From the NCBI RefSeq assembly GCF_964355755.1, contig NC_092676.1:24198871-24262870 (forward strand): a stretch of DNA of 64,000 nt, in the 5' to 3' direction. Of this stretch, positions 1 through 12,700 are shown in pieces. The notes below the pieces were generated by a model. That model was not told where the DNA came from. It made no database searches and saw only the letters and a program-made list of their open reading frames with translations. Positions within the stretch are counted from its first letter, which is position 1, and every line of letters begins with the position of its first letter. Both the position numbers and the translations under genes were made by a program. This DNA is from Antedon mediterranea. Taxonomy: Eukaryota > Animalia > Echinodermata.

Positions 1-725
1 ATCCCAGCTGCTGGATCCAAAAAACGTCTGGGAAAAGAGAGTCTATGACTTATCTCACTTGTACCATCGTGAAGTTACGTTGTCTCTAGAGGGTATTCAG
101 TTGCATGCCTACAGGTTGAGGTCACACACATACAGCACAATAAAGTTCAAAATTGACCATTTTTAAATGGACATATGATTCATAATTAAAGAACTATCTT
201 TGATTTGTATGTATTTTTGCGATTAAAGGGCATCATTTTAATAATTAATCATTTAATATATCTGAAGAAAGAACAATGATTAATTTTAAAATGTCGAGCA
301 GCGTTTTTTGTAAGAAATATTCTTGTTTACACTAAACTTTATACTGTACATCGGCCTGGTCTACATTAGCCAAATTGTTGTTTGCAAAGGTTTTCTCAAG
401 TGTGCAAAATAAAATTTGTACTTTTGTCTTAGTTTAAACTAAACTTGGGAGTTTGTTAAAAAATGTTGTTAAAATGATAAAGGAGCTCATGGAACAACTG
501 GAGAAGTACAATTAGAAGAGGTTATAGGAAAAAAAGAGAAGTTGAAAAATAAGTCGATGAAAGAGCTTGATGAGAAGAGGAGGAGAAAGCTAATTACGAA
601 AATTGGAGAGTGTAACTGCAAGGTACAAATGAATACAGTCCATCCAAGAATTTATAGAGGAAAACAAGTTAGTTTATGATTCATGATATCTTTCTGTAAC
701 ACTTTCCACTTTTTTCAATTAAGCC

Positions 726-3700
726 TTACTTTAAATCAGAGGCCGATCCAGAATGTGTTCGGTTTGACAATCGACCCTCATCTATCGGTAGAAGACAATA
801 TGATGGACAGAGCTCAGCAACCTCTTTTGGTGGATGCCGTGTTGTTCGACCTTTCAACCAATATGTTAACATTCCACCTTTACCCTGAAATGAACAACGT
901 AAACTGAGTTAAAAAAATAAGTTGATGCTATTAAAACATTACGTCAACGTTCGACACATTGGATTGTGCCAGGCCACGTGTAAATGTTTCATCGTAGTCT
1001 GCAGTGTGAGAGTCATCGTGCCTTTATCATTATTAGGCATTACCGTTTTTCGTCGCTGCAATTACAGTTTTATGTATATCAACAGCACAAAGTTGATCAA
1101 TAACGGTACACTTAGAGACTAAAAAGGTAAAGGTGAGTCCCGTGTTCATTCTGAACGTACGGGAATTAGCTGTTAGGAGCTCATTGTACTAAGCCTCGGT
1201 ATTATGTCGTAGGGTGGCCAGTTCCTTTCCACGCCGTCTTTTCTCCCTAGAATTTTCAACCAGGTACTCATTTGCATCTGTATGACAGTCACGTGTCCTC
1301 TAAAAACTCGGCAACTCCATTTAGGGACTACATTGCAATTTATTTGTACTGCATCTCTAAATTGTGTCTATTTTGTTCTTATAATATATGTGTTCTTGGC
1401 ATACGCTTTATATGTATGTATGTTTTTTTTTTTTGTAAACTGTATAATTGATTGTTAATATTACTCTATTGGAAATTATTGTTCAGCTGTAAGTCATCCT
1501 AGCAGCTGGTCCTAATTTGTTTTTCGAATAATAATTCATTAAATTTAGAAGCTGCTTCCGTTGTAAAAATTCAGATTACATTGTTATAGATCAATTTTTC
1601 TTTTATTCGTCATTACTCAATTAGAAAATAATTAGCAACCCGTCATGTCAATCTTGACATATTGTAATCTACAGTGTTATACAATGTGACGTCACGAATG
1701 TAATGAACATTCCCTGGCAAATGATATAATAAACTTACTCCAGACACTCTCCGAGTAACGTGTTCGAATACAAATAAATCAGGTAATACAATGATTGGTG
1801 ATCTGGTTGCCAAAAGCACTCGTGTTATTATTACTAACTGTATCAGATAACGTCAGATACAAAGTAGAGATTTTATCGTTTTGTATGTTCTATGTGACAT
1901 TTACAATTGGTTTGGAGAGCTCTATTCGTTTTACCGTATAATAATACTTTCTTACGTTAGGAGATTTTGTTACAGCCTAATTCGGTGAAATCTGAGATGG
2001 AAATTATTATTAGCATTATTGTTTTATCACCACCTTACCAGAAAGCCAATATTTATCATCAATCTTTACACTAACTCTTTTCTCTCACACGCTGCTGCTC
2101 TAGCCAAGTCACATGAGGACTAGTCATTCATAAGCTAAAGCAAGCAGCAGTTATATATCTAAGGCTGACAGTTTTGCGACTTTGTAAACTCGACTATAAT
2201 GTATAGATCCCAGCTGCTGGACCCAAAAAACGTCTGGGAAAAGAGAGTCTATGAGGGCTCACGGTTGAACGATTTTGGATTCTCGCCCTTTGATTGCTTG
2301 ACGCGAATCAACAGACTGGGAAGAATTTTCGCGTTGTCTCTATAGGGTATTCAGTTGCATGCCAATCATAAATATATGTGAAGAAAGAACAATGATTAAT
2401 TTTAAAATGTCGAGCAGCATTTTTTGTAAGAAATATTTCTTGTTTATTATCGTCTTATCGTCATAATCTTGTCATCCTGTGTCTTGTATTCCGTCTAAAT
2501 CGTCATCAGCGCATTCATCGTTATCCTCATCATCGACGATTATTCTGCCGTAATAGATTTTTGTTCTAATCTTGTGCGCCGGCCGTCTTTATAATCGATG
2601 TTTTTCGACACGCAGGCCGCAATCACCGCCTTCGTAACAGATGTATATTTACAGTATTTTAAAATTCCCACTCTTCGTACACGACGCGTCGTCATTCCGC
2701 CGCCAGTTCAACGACGCACCACTACTCGACTTAATGCGCAGAATGAATCAACTGCGCAGTCGAGTGACTCCTCGTGAAAACGCAATCTCATGTCGTCCGT
2801 CGTAATCCGTGTGTTCCGTCATTACCTTAATATTTGTCAATCCACGTTCTTCGCACACGTACGGCCATCCTCGTAGAAATCCTCTCGTCACCTCACTTAT
2901 GTGTATTTTGCACGATTCTCCCGTTGACTCCATTCGAGACGCTGTGTTTACCGCGTCACCAAAAAGACAGTAACGCGGCATCTTCATACCAACAACTCCA
3001 GCTACTACAGTACCAGTATGGATGCCTAAAATGATCATTATATGACAATTAGGCCTGACCTAAATAAGAATTGTTTTTACTTTGTACCTTTGTCATTATC
3101 GTTATCATTGTCTTTAATCATTACATCATACCGTACTCTACACAGTGTATCGTCTGCTCTATCAAATTTTATGTGACAAAAAATATGATGTACCCATATA
3201 TGGATATGATGATGTCATATTACTACCATATTTGGGCACAATACACTTTTTTTGTCAAACTATTTTGATAGTGTAGACAGAGCTTTAGTCCTTGTTTTTA
3301 AACAACGATTGTGCCTAACATAACCAATACAGAGTGTGTAGAGTAAATGCATTAACAATTAAAATGCTTTAAGCTGCTGTAATTGTAAATGTTATACGGC
3401 ATTAATGTTCAATATGATCGATTTTTGAGATCCTCAAATTAGTCAACTTGAATCCAAATATCCAAATAAACAATTCAAATTCCATATAATTATTGAAGAT
3501 CCGTATATAAATGTCTTAAAATACTTATTTTATTTCATAATCGTTATTAAGGCGTCGTACTATCTTAAAAGCGATGATGCTGGCTAGAAATCTAAGAATG
3601 CTTGTCTGGATATTAAACAATTAAAATATTCGAAAGTACGTGTTTATATTAGTTCCTGTAATTGCAGGTGAATTGTGATATGTTGGATACGTGCAGTATT

Positions 3701-6700
3701 TTATTGATTGGTTAAGTAACGTTATGTTATACCGTAGAACAGGTAGATAAATAGTGTTATACACAAAACAAGTTTTAAACATAATTTTGCTTATCGTGCA
3801 ATTAGGTTAGTGAAATCCCAGGAAGGGGGAGGGCGAGGGGGTTGGTTCGAATCCTAACCGCCAATTGTAGGCCTACCTACCTAATGTTAGGCCTATATTG
3901 CCCCAAATACAGTGTGACGTATTTGTCGCATCTGAAACCTGTATTACGTTAGGCGTATGACATGTTACAAGTAACACATGTGATACATATGTGACACTGT
4001 ATTACAGAATTTGCCGAATACTGAACCAATTATTTGTATACCTCTTTATGGTATATCAGCCATTAACAACAAAACGCGTTTCATGATTTAATTTCATGAT
4101 TTCATGGCACATTTGCGTTTACTAATGAGGTGGAGAAAATTAGGTATTCTAATTACAGTAAATGATTATGAAGGTATACGGTTAAATGTATGCCACGTCT
4201 TGTAACTCAGACAGCATCGTACGACGAGACCATAGGAAACGTTTGGCTCGTCGGTGCTGTTTAAGGAGTAAAATCCCGACGAGACGAGTCGTCTTGCGAT
4301 TTATAGCGTCATGCGTAGTTTTTATGTCGTCTCCCGACGAGAAGCTTCTTCGGGTCACGTCGTACGATTCTGTTCGTGTTGGCCTTAGAATAATAACCTA
4401 CCAATTCGTATTTTCATATTTCCACCGTCAGATGGATCGAGTAGCTTGTGCATACTGCTCTGCATTGCCAATGCCATCTCTGCTACCAGTTGAGCGTGGT
4501 AACGAGTTGGCGTCGGTGCGCCAGAAACAACCATGTACGCGTCACCAATCGTTTCGACCTACAGAAATTGCGTTCGAAAAAATGAAATTTATTCCAATTT
4601 GTTAAACATTGTTTGTTGACGGTAATGTTACTTTTGGTTGATTTGATTTAATAAATGAATATGAACTGAGTTTACATTGCAAAGCACGGTCTATATTATA
4701 AACGCATGCGATACGAAAATACAAGCGCTCCCTGACAAGGTTATTGGTTATTTGTATTACTTAAACATACTTTTGCGTTATAAAATTCAATTCAAACAAC
4801 TTTCTTACTCTTCCAAAATCTAAAAAAATGTTTTGGCCACAGAGGAGAAATAAAAACAACCTGTTTTATAAAAATAAAGGACATAAATTTCACAACACTA
4901 ATCTCTTATGCTTGGTTCCCACTAGAGACGCAACACGAGGACGTAACGCAACGTAAAGCTTGGTTCCCACTAGAACGTAAACGCAACGCAAGCGTTTTAA
5001 CCAATGACAAGCGAAGTTATAGACAGTTAGCAATCACAAGCGAATAAGCCATCGCTTGTGATTGGTCAATTCACTTACGTTGCGTTACGTCCTTGCGTTG
5101 CGTCGCTAGCGGGAACCACGCTTAAGTGATTGGATGTCTTTTGTCATTGGTCAACTTGCTTGCGTTACGTCTACGTCCTCGCGTTGCGTCTCTAGTGGGA
5201 ACCGAGCTTTAACAGTAATGTTAAGTAGAGAGCCTATGCATGTCGAAATGGATGATTTCGACACTCTAGAGCCTAACTCAAATGAATGGTAGGCCAACCT
5301 TATAAACGTTGTTGCTCTCACTAAGGTGATCAAACGTTGTATACATGTCGTTCAGCATTGACACCACCGCCATTGGAGTTATTTTAGAACAAATCCTAGT
5401 GAACCCGACGACGTCGCTAAACAGGATGGTGACTTCGTGGAAGATCTCACACGTGTTGGTTGAAGGAACTCCACTTCTGAGCTTGTCTGCCACTGTCTTT
5501 GGGATCATCTGGTACAAAAGGGAATCTGTCTTCTTCATCTCTATGTCAAGTTGACGCATGCTCCTTTCAAGTTCGGAACTTTTAATTTGCTCCTGTTAAA
5601 GGTAAAAAGACAAACTTTATGTCTAATATTTTTTACTCAATTTGCATTGCTTTACATGTTTTCTTTCAGTACTACACTACACACTCTAGCCAAAGGCATT
5701 GCATATACATAAGCGGGTCCAGGGAGGATGTGGGGTGTGAAAATCCATAACAAAAATGATAGAACATTTTACATTTACAATACCTAAGCCCTGCTTTCAA
5801 AATCCTGCATCATCCACTAGACTAACCTTTATCATACGAAATCGTTATAATGGTCAATGGTAATAATATATGGTATAAGGCCTCATTTGATAAAAAGTAC
5901 AACACTTAGTATAACTTTATTTTCAGAATCTATTCTGATAGCATTACCTGGTCTAGGGCTAACTTTAGTTCCGCAGACTGTTGAGAGCCTGCTAAAACTA
6001 AATCTCTGCTGGAGTCGTGTATGCTGAGGTCATTGATGTACAAACCTAACCGGTTCAAATCTGAAATTTCTACCATACTGAAAGAAATAAATGTTTTTAA
6101 ACATACATACATACACGTGGAAATAAGGATCTTCATTTATGCTACTTCATAGACGCAAAGCTGTCTACAATATCAAACTTGTTTGTGTGATGTGCCCAAA
6201 TATGGTACTGATATGATATCATTGTGTCCATATATGGGCACATCACCTTTTTTTTTGTTACATAAAGTTTGATAGTGTAGACAGAGATTTAAAGAACCCT
6301 GTTAATGTTAATGAGGTTTTTCTTGATTGTTCTGAGCTACCGAGTTCATTATACCGAAATTGGTAACATTAGCAGCCTAGAACGAACTAATGAGATGCTA
6401 AAATTAATCAACGAAAGGAAAGAAGGAACGTGACGTAACGTCGTCCTAGATTTTGGCACACAATTAATAGCAATTTACGATACAGCAGGCCCGTATCCAG
6501 GGGGGGTGCGTTGGGTGCAGACGCACCCCCCCAAGTCCCAAAAGGTCCACTATTTCCTCGGTTGGTATTTTTTCTTGTCTTGTTTAACTAAAGACAATAT
6601 CATTATATATATACAAAATTTACATTATCAATGGTATACAAACAAAAATATGCTAATATAAAATGAAAAAATACCGGTAATTAAATTACGGAATCTGAAC

Positions 6701-9700
6701 TGACTACAAACTCGATGTAAAACATGCGCAGTCGATCATGTGACGACAAGCAATAGCTTAGCGCTTCATGTACGCGGTACGCGGTATAATATACAGTAAA
6801 AACGTTCGCGTTCACTTCATATAGCTTCAGCGCCTAGAAAACCACGATGTTCCATTGACCGTGAGAGTACGTCAGAGGGCTAATATGCACTTTTATGCAT
6901 TCATTATTGCCAGCGATCTAACTTACTAATAAACATTAGCTAGGTACGCACTTGTCTGGCGGTATCCTTTTGTACGAATCGTTCAACGTTGGGTCGAGAC
7001 GCGTGATATCAAGTTTCATCCAGGGACCAAAATGTGTAATGTAGTTAAACTGTTATTTTCCAGGCGAAGTTTACCGACGGTTACCGAAGGGAACACGTGT
7101 ACTTTTTGTCGGGGAATATAATATACAGTAAAAAGCGTTCGCGTTCACTTCGTAGCTAGCTTCAGCGCCTAGAAAACCGCGACGTTTCATTGACCGTGAG
7201 AGTACGTCAGAGTGATAATATGCACTTTATATGCATTCATTATTGCCAGCGATCTAACTTACTACTAAACAATAGCTAGGTACGCACTTGTCTGGCGGTA
7301 TCCCTTTGTACGAATCGTTCAACGTTGGGTCGAGACGCGTGATATCAAGTTTCATCCAGGGACCAAAATGTGTAATGTGTTATTTTCCAGGCGAAGTTTA
7401 CCGACGGTTACGTCGTGTACTGCGTCGACGTACGCTACACTACAGCAAAAACGAATTATGTTAATTGTTCGTTTGTTCACCAATTTTTTAATTTACAAGT
7501 AACCTTCTGTACCGTGGGGCACCTAAAATAAATTTTTCATCTATTACTAAACAAAAAAACATGCCATTTTCGCTTAGCCAACATTATAGCTATAGTTATT
7601 ACATTTTCAATATCCTGTATGTCATGAATTTCTCACCACTCGGAAGTCCAGATGGTACGCATGCATACACCTGGGAGGAATAAACTTTTTTCCCCGACTG
7701 AAAAAGGTCTACGCTTGCGTTTTTTAAGCCTCTAGGCCTGATGTTTCCAAAGTATAAAATGCAATTTTTTGAAGACCTGCAGCTCTAGTTTTAAACATTT
7801 TCTTAGCTCAGCCCCAACAATAAAGCTGGTCATATTTCGAAGAACAAGAAGTACATTTTCCGAGACCTAGCATCTCTATTTTTCAAACATTTCTTAGCTC
7901 AGTCACAACCCATGATAGGGACTTATATATTTTTTTTCATGTTTTGAAGTATAATAAGTCCAATTTCCGGGACCTCCAACTCTATTTTTCTAAATTTTCT
8001 TTGAACTTTTATTTTTTAAATTGAAAAATATGGATTGAAACAGTCATCGCGCATCGTTTTTTTGCACGCAGTATTTTATTTATGCATTATAAAAAATGGA
8101 AAAAATGGCTACCCTAAATCTGATTAAAAAGACCTCAAATGACGCTAGAACGCGTTGCTTCCGGGGGCTTCGCCCCCCTGGACCCCACCGGGGGCTCTTG
8201 GCGGCCCCTGGCCCTCAGCCTAGTGATGCTCGCTTCGCTCGCATAGCCCCCTCATCGGGGAATGTAGCCCCCGCGTCGGGAAGATCCTGGCGCCACCCCT
8301 GCTGAGTTGGCCTCATCATGAAAGCGTTAAGTTCTGGTGTCCATCGTTCAACTAGCCCAAGCCACAACAGACAGTCTTACATCAGTCTTTAGAACGTCAA
8401 ATAACGCAAATTTTTCCAGGGCCTTCGGCCCCTGGACCCTGACCGGGGGCCCTTGGCGGCCCCCTGGCCCCCAGCCATTGTTGCTCGCTTCGCTCGCACC
8501 CCCCCATTATAAATGCTGCATACGGGCCTGTACAGATATTAAGATCAGAAATATTATGTATAGCATTTTGCACAACTAATAATAAAACGTCAATACAGTA
8601 TCCTTAAGATACGCTATACGATTAGTGCCTTCTCGCCGTTATAATACAATCGTAAAACATGACATATAATCTTAGACAAATCATAAATTAATTGTATAAA
8701 ACGTGAGATTTTCTGTTGTTAGGCCCTACATTTTTGCAGGTTTTCTTGTCGCCCTTAAGCTTGGTTGGGCGCGCAAAGGACGAGGCGCAGCAACCAATGA
8801 CAAGCGACAGTTCGAATACTCAATCGCTTGTGATTGGTCAACTCGCTTGTGGTGCGCTTGCGTCCTCTGGGAACCAAGTGATTAAATACATTATATTAGG
8901 CCTACGGTAATCCGTCTATCCAACTTGACTACATCTATTTTGAGTGACGTGTGTAAATTAGCCGAAATTGCGTATAGTGCCTTTTAGGCATTTGTTATAA
9001 TATACTGATTCTAAAACAAATCGTGTTACTATTTCCATATATCTTGTATGCATCTATCTCTATAGATAAAGTTGAGTGAAGATTTTCGTGATATACTGTT
9101 CAGACACATTCAATGTGAAGGAAGATATATTGATATACCAAACTGCTTTTATCGTTGAAATTGAAAACCGTTTACTCATGGACCTATTTTAAAGAGCCAT
9201 GGTTTACTTAATACATTTATTTGGTTACTAATTATTGATACGGTAATGCCTGACTCGTAGAATAATCAATACATTCCAAACTGGTTGACTGGTTTCTGAC
9301 TAAAACACGTTTCTGATCCCATGTTTGATTCAGCCTTCTATAATGTATGTATATTATATAGAAGCCATGCCCATAGCCGACCCAGCTCATTATCAATCAC
9401 CACATTCGAGAAAACCGATCGATACGGTACAGGAGATACTACATGTACGTTTCCTGAAGGGTTAGGGTTAGGTAAAAAATATGAAAAGTGACATTTCGTG
9501 CCTCTGAAATGTCTGATATGGCAAAAGCGTAGCTCTTCGAATTAATTTCGAATAATTACAAAAATGAATTTAAAATTCAAATTTATTGCTATAGGCTATA
9601 GCTCAGAAAATCAAGACTTGAACGTTTCGGCAAATCGATTAAAACGGATACCCATTAAAATTACGTTTTTGATAAACTTCCTGTTAAATAATTTTCAACT

Positions 9701-12700
9701 GTAAAAGTTATAGGCCGATGTGTCTTAAAGACTGCAGTTTATCACGACGAATATTGTTACATTGGCGAATACGCAGGAATTGTACTCTCTTCTATGGCGC
9801 GCAAACTCTTCCAATTAACAGTGATCAATTGATTGATAACATGTATAGCGAATTTAGGCTGGAACCTATGTAATGATTACGAAGAAGTGTACAGAGCTAG
9901 CTATCGTTTCGTATCAGATGTGTAGGGAATTTAATATTGATGAAATTTACAGTCGTAGAAATATGTGAAAAGAAGACGGCATGTGTTTTATTGGTTGTAG
10001 TATAGACATGTTACCATCGGCTATAAGATGGCATATCGACATTCTGTCTTCAATATTTATTTTATGACACCTTTTTGATAAGACAAAAAATAGTTGGAAT
10101 AAATTCGTAATTCAGCCATACACGTTGTATTGTAGGCCCCATGCTTATTAATATGAAATAATTTATTTCAGGAGAGGAGCTTGACAGCTAGTAGGGCCTT
10201 ACAGTTACAGCTTACCGTAGTTTAAGAGGCCCTCTAAAGTAACAGGCATTAGGTTATATTTTTATATATATTTAATAATTTTGATTTTAATAAAATATTA
10301 AAATATCAATTATTAATTCGACTAAATTTTACCTGTAAAATACGTGTTTTTACAATTGGTGAAGAGCCGCTATTCCTAATTATTTATTTATTCTGTTTTT
10401 TTGTTTATGTACAGGAATACAAAAATGAATCTACATATCATTATATTAAATAACATCAATTTGAATAACATAATAATAACATTCATTTACTTTAAATGTA
10501 AAAAAAACTGTGAATAATTTGCACTATATTTCATATAAAATTGAATTCGTTAATATAACATCCGGGATATTGCGTATAATAAAAACAAAAAATATTTAAT
10601 ATCTCTTACTTATAATACTTATGTATTTTTATTTAATGCGACTGTAGCTCATAATTACGATTTATCTTTTTGTATGTAAAGCTTTAATTCGGTTACTGGA
10701 TGTGCAGAGTATTAAATGCCCAAGTCGTCTGACATTTAATAATGTATGTGCCGATAGTATTACCTCGTAACGGGCGTAATAATATGGGTATAACCGTATA
10801 ACGTAATCATCTTTCGTAATGAAGTTTACTCTATATGGCCGGATGATTTATTCCAAAATGAGTTAAAATAAAATTTGAAAACTTAAGCTGGATGGCCCGT
10901 TCTGGGTTATTAAGAAATCACATTTAAAGATGTATTGCCCCCCCCCCCTGAAAAAATAATTATTAAACAATTGTTGTTGAATATGCAATAAATGCCGCAT
11001 AATAGTTATCCACTTGGACAAAAAAAATTATCGAAAATTCAATTTAATTCAAATAAACATTTATTTACAAACTCTGAATACATAGGAAAACAAGAAACAG
11101 AATTGTACAGAATTATAAAAATATGTTTCAGAAAATGAAGGTAAAAGCCAGGAAAGATGTTGGGAAACATCTTGAGTTGCGCGAGCCTTGACACAAATAA
11201 AAAAATGTATTTACCTGAAAAAATATAATTTAAAGCAAAAAATAGTCTTTAATGTGGACATGGATACAATGGAGGCCTTAACACTTAGCAACATATACAT
11301 GGATCCGAATAGTATTAGTTTTTTTTTATTCTGTCTTTATACTTTCAGTGCTAAAGCATTGATTTCCAAAGCGGTTCAGTAGAGAACATTAACAATATAA
11401 TACACAAGGCCTAATGCAATGAAGCTATAACAAAGTAATTTACATTACTACACACTAAATATTTAATATTATTGATAATAAAAAAAACAGCTAAAATATG
11501 CATATATATTTGATATAGGAGTTTTCCTCTATCCGTATGCAAGTTGATCCATCATTATTGTTAGGGGTACTATCGTAAGATGCCGCCCCCATCTGACTCA
11601 TCCTAAATGTGATCAGATCCTAACCCATCACATTATTGCGAAGTGCCACATTGCGTTGCCGTCCCGATAGATGTGTATCTATAACATAATAAGTTGATGT
11701 TTTCTTTTTATATTAAAATATCCATCTATCATGTTGTTATAATGCCGTCCCCGCAAACCATTATTCGATTTCGTTGATTAACCCTGTGTACTCGTAAGGC
11801 CATAAGTGTCTATTTTACGATGTTCACTCAGGCTATGCCAAATGCTAGGGTAATTTCGGCATGTCATCTCAATTTATGCCTCCCTTATGTCTCAATACCG
11901 TTGGAGGGGCCTGTTGTGATGATGGCCTAAGGTTTGTTTACTTGAACACGGTGCATTTGGTTAATTTGACAAGTTGTTGATAGACATATTTTCAAGTTTT
12001 TCTTTATTGTGTAGGCTTTAATCTTTTTGTTTATCAGCCTGGCATATTCCTATCCAATTAGTTAATTGATTTATTGACGTAAAAATATGTATTAAAGATA
12101 CAGGGCGGTTCTTATATGTTTACGACGAAATGTAAACAAAAAAATAATGTTAGCATGATTGAGTGTGGAGACGTCGCATAACATGGAGTCAATTTGCTTC
12201 TCGTCGTGTATTAACAAGCGACCCAGTCGCATATCGTCGACATGATCCTTTTTAGAGATACTAATCTATCTATTGGGAAAACAGAGATTTTATCAGTTAA
12301 TTATTGCATTATCATCTTATTGATTAATAAGTCAAGAGTAATTAAAAAGCAGCTCCGCGGTTAATATTTTCAGAAAGCATGACGAGCTTGCTTCTTTTTT
12401 TTTTCGCGCCGCGCCTTTAGGCAGTTTCAATAGGACGGAAGCATCAGGAAACTGTATCGCGCGGAAGCTTATAACTACGGCTGAAAAAATGTGTATTTGG
12501 AAACTCTGACTAGGCATGCGCAAACCCCAAAGCACGTCTAGGAGAAGAGAGTCATATGAGATGTATGCAGACAGTAATCTGTAAGACTTGTTCAATAAAA
12601 CTTGATTCCTTTCTTCCAAAAACATTGTTTACCTGAATGTTGCGACAATTCATACTAGTTGCGGTTAGGCCTACAGTACCAATTACATTATTCTCCAGTT

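Noticed and set aside
480-620. Purine-rich stretch resembling coiled-coil coding sequence on the plus strand
   Set aside because: Contains in-frame stops and no splice or homology support.
3805-3865. GGTTCGAATCC B-box, possible tRNA
   Set aside because: No cloverleaf or matching A-box/acceptor stem; at most a decayed SINE head.
4186-4605. 139-aa plus-strand ORF
   Set aside because: Antisense shadow of sGC exon 8 plus repeat sequence.
8096-8579. GC-rich ORFs of 69 and 80 aa
   Set aside because: They translate the subterminal repeats of the non-autonomous transposon.
9458-9473. gggttagggttagg telomere-like motif
   Set aside because: Only about two units; too short to call an interstitial telomere.
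12332-12625. 97-aa minus-strand ORF in sGC intron 5, considered as an extra exon
   Set aside because: Exons 5 and 6 already join in frame with continuous HNOBA homology (FLCTPI-MVEISDL); no recognisable motif.
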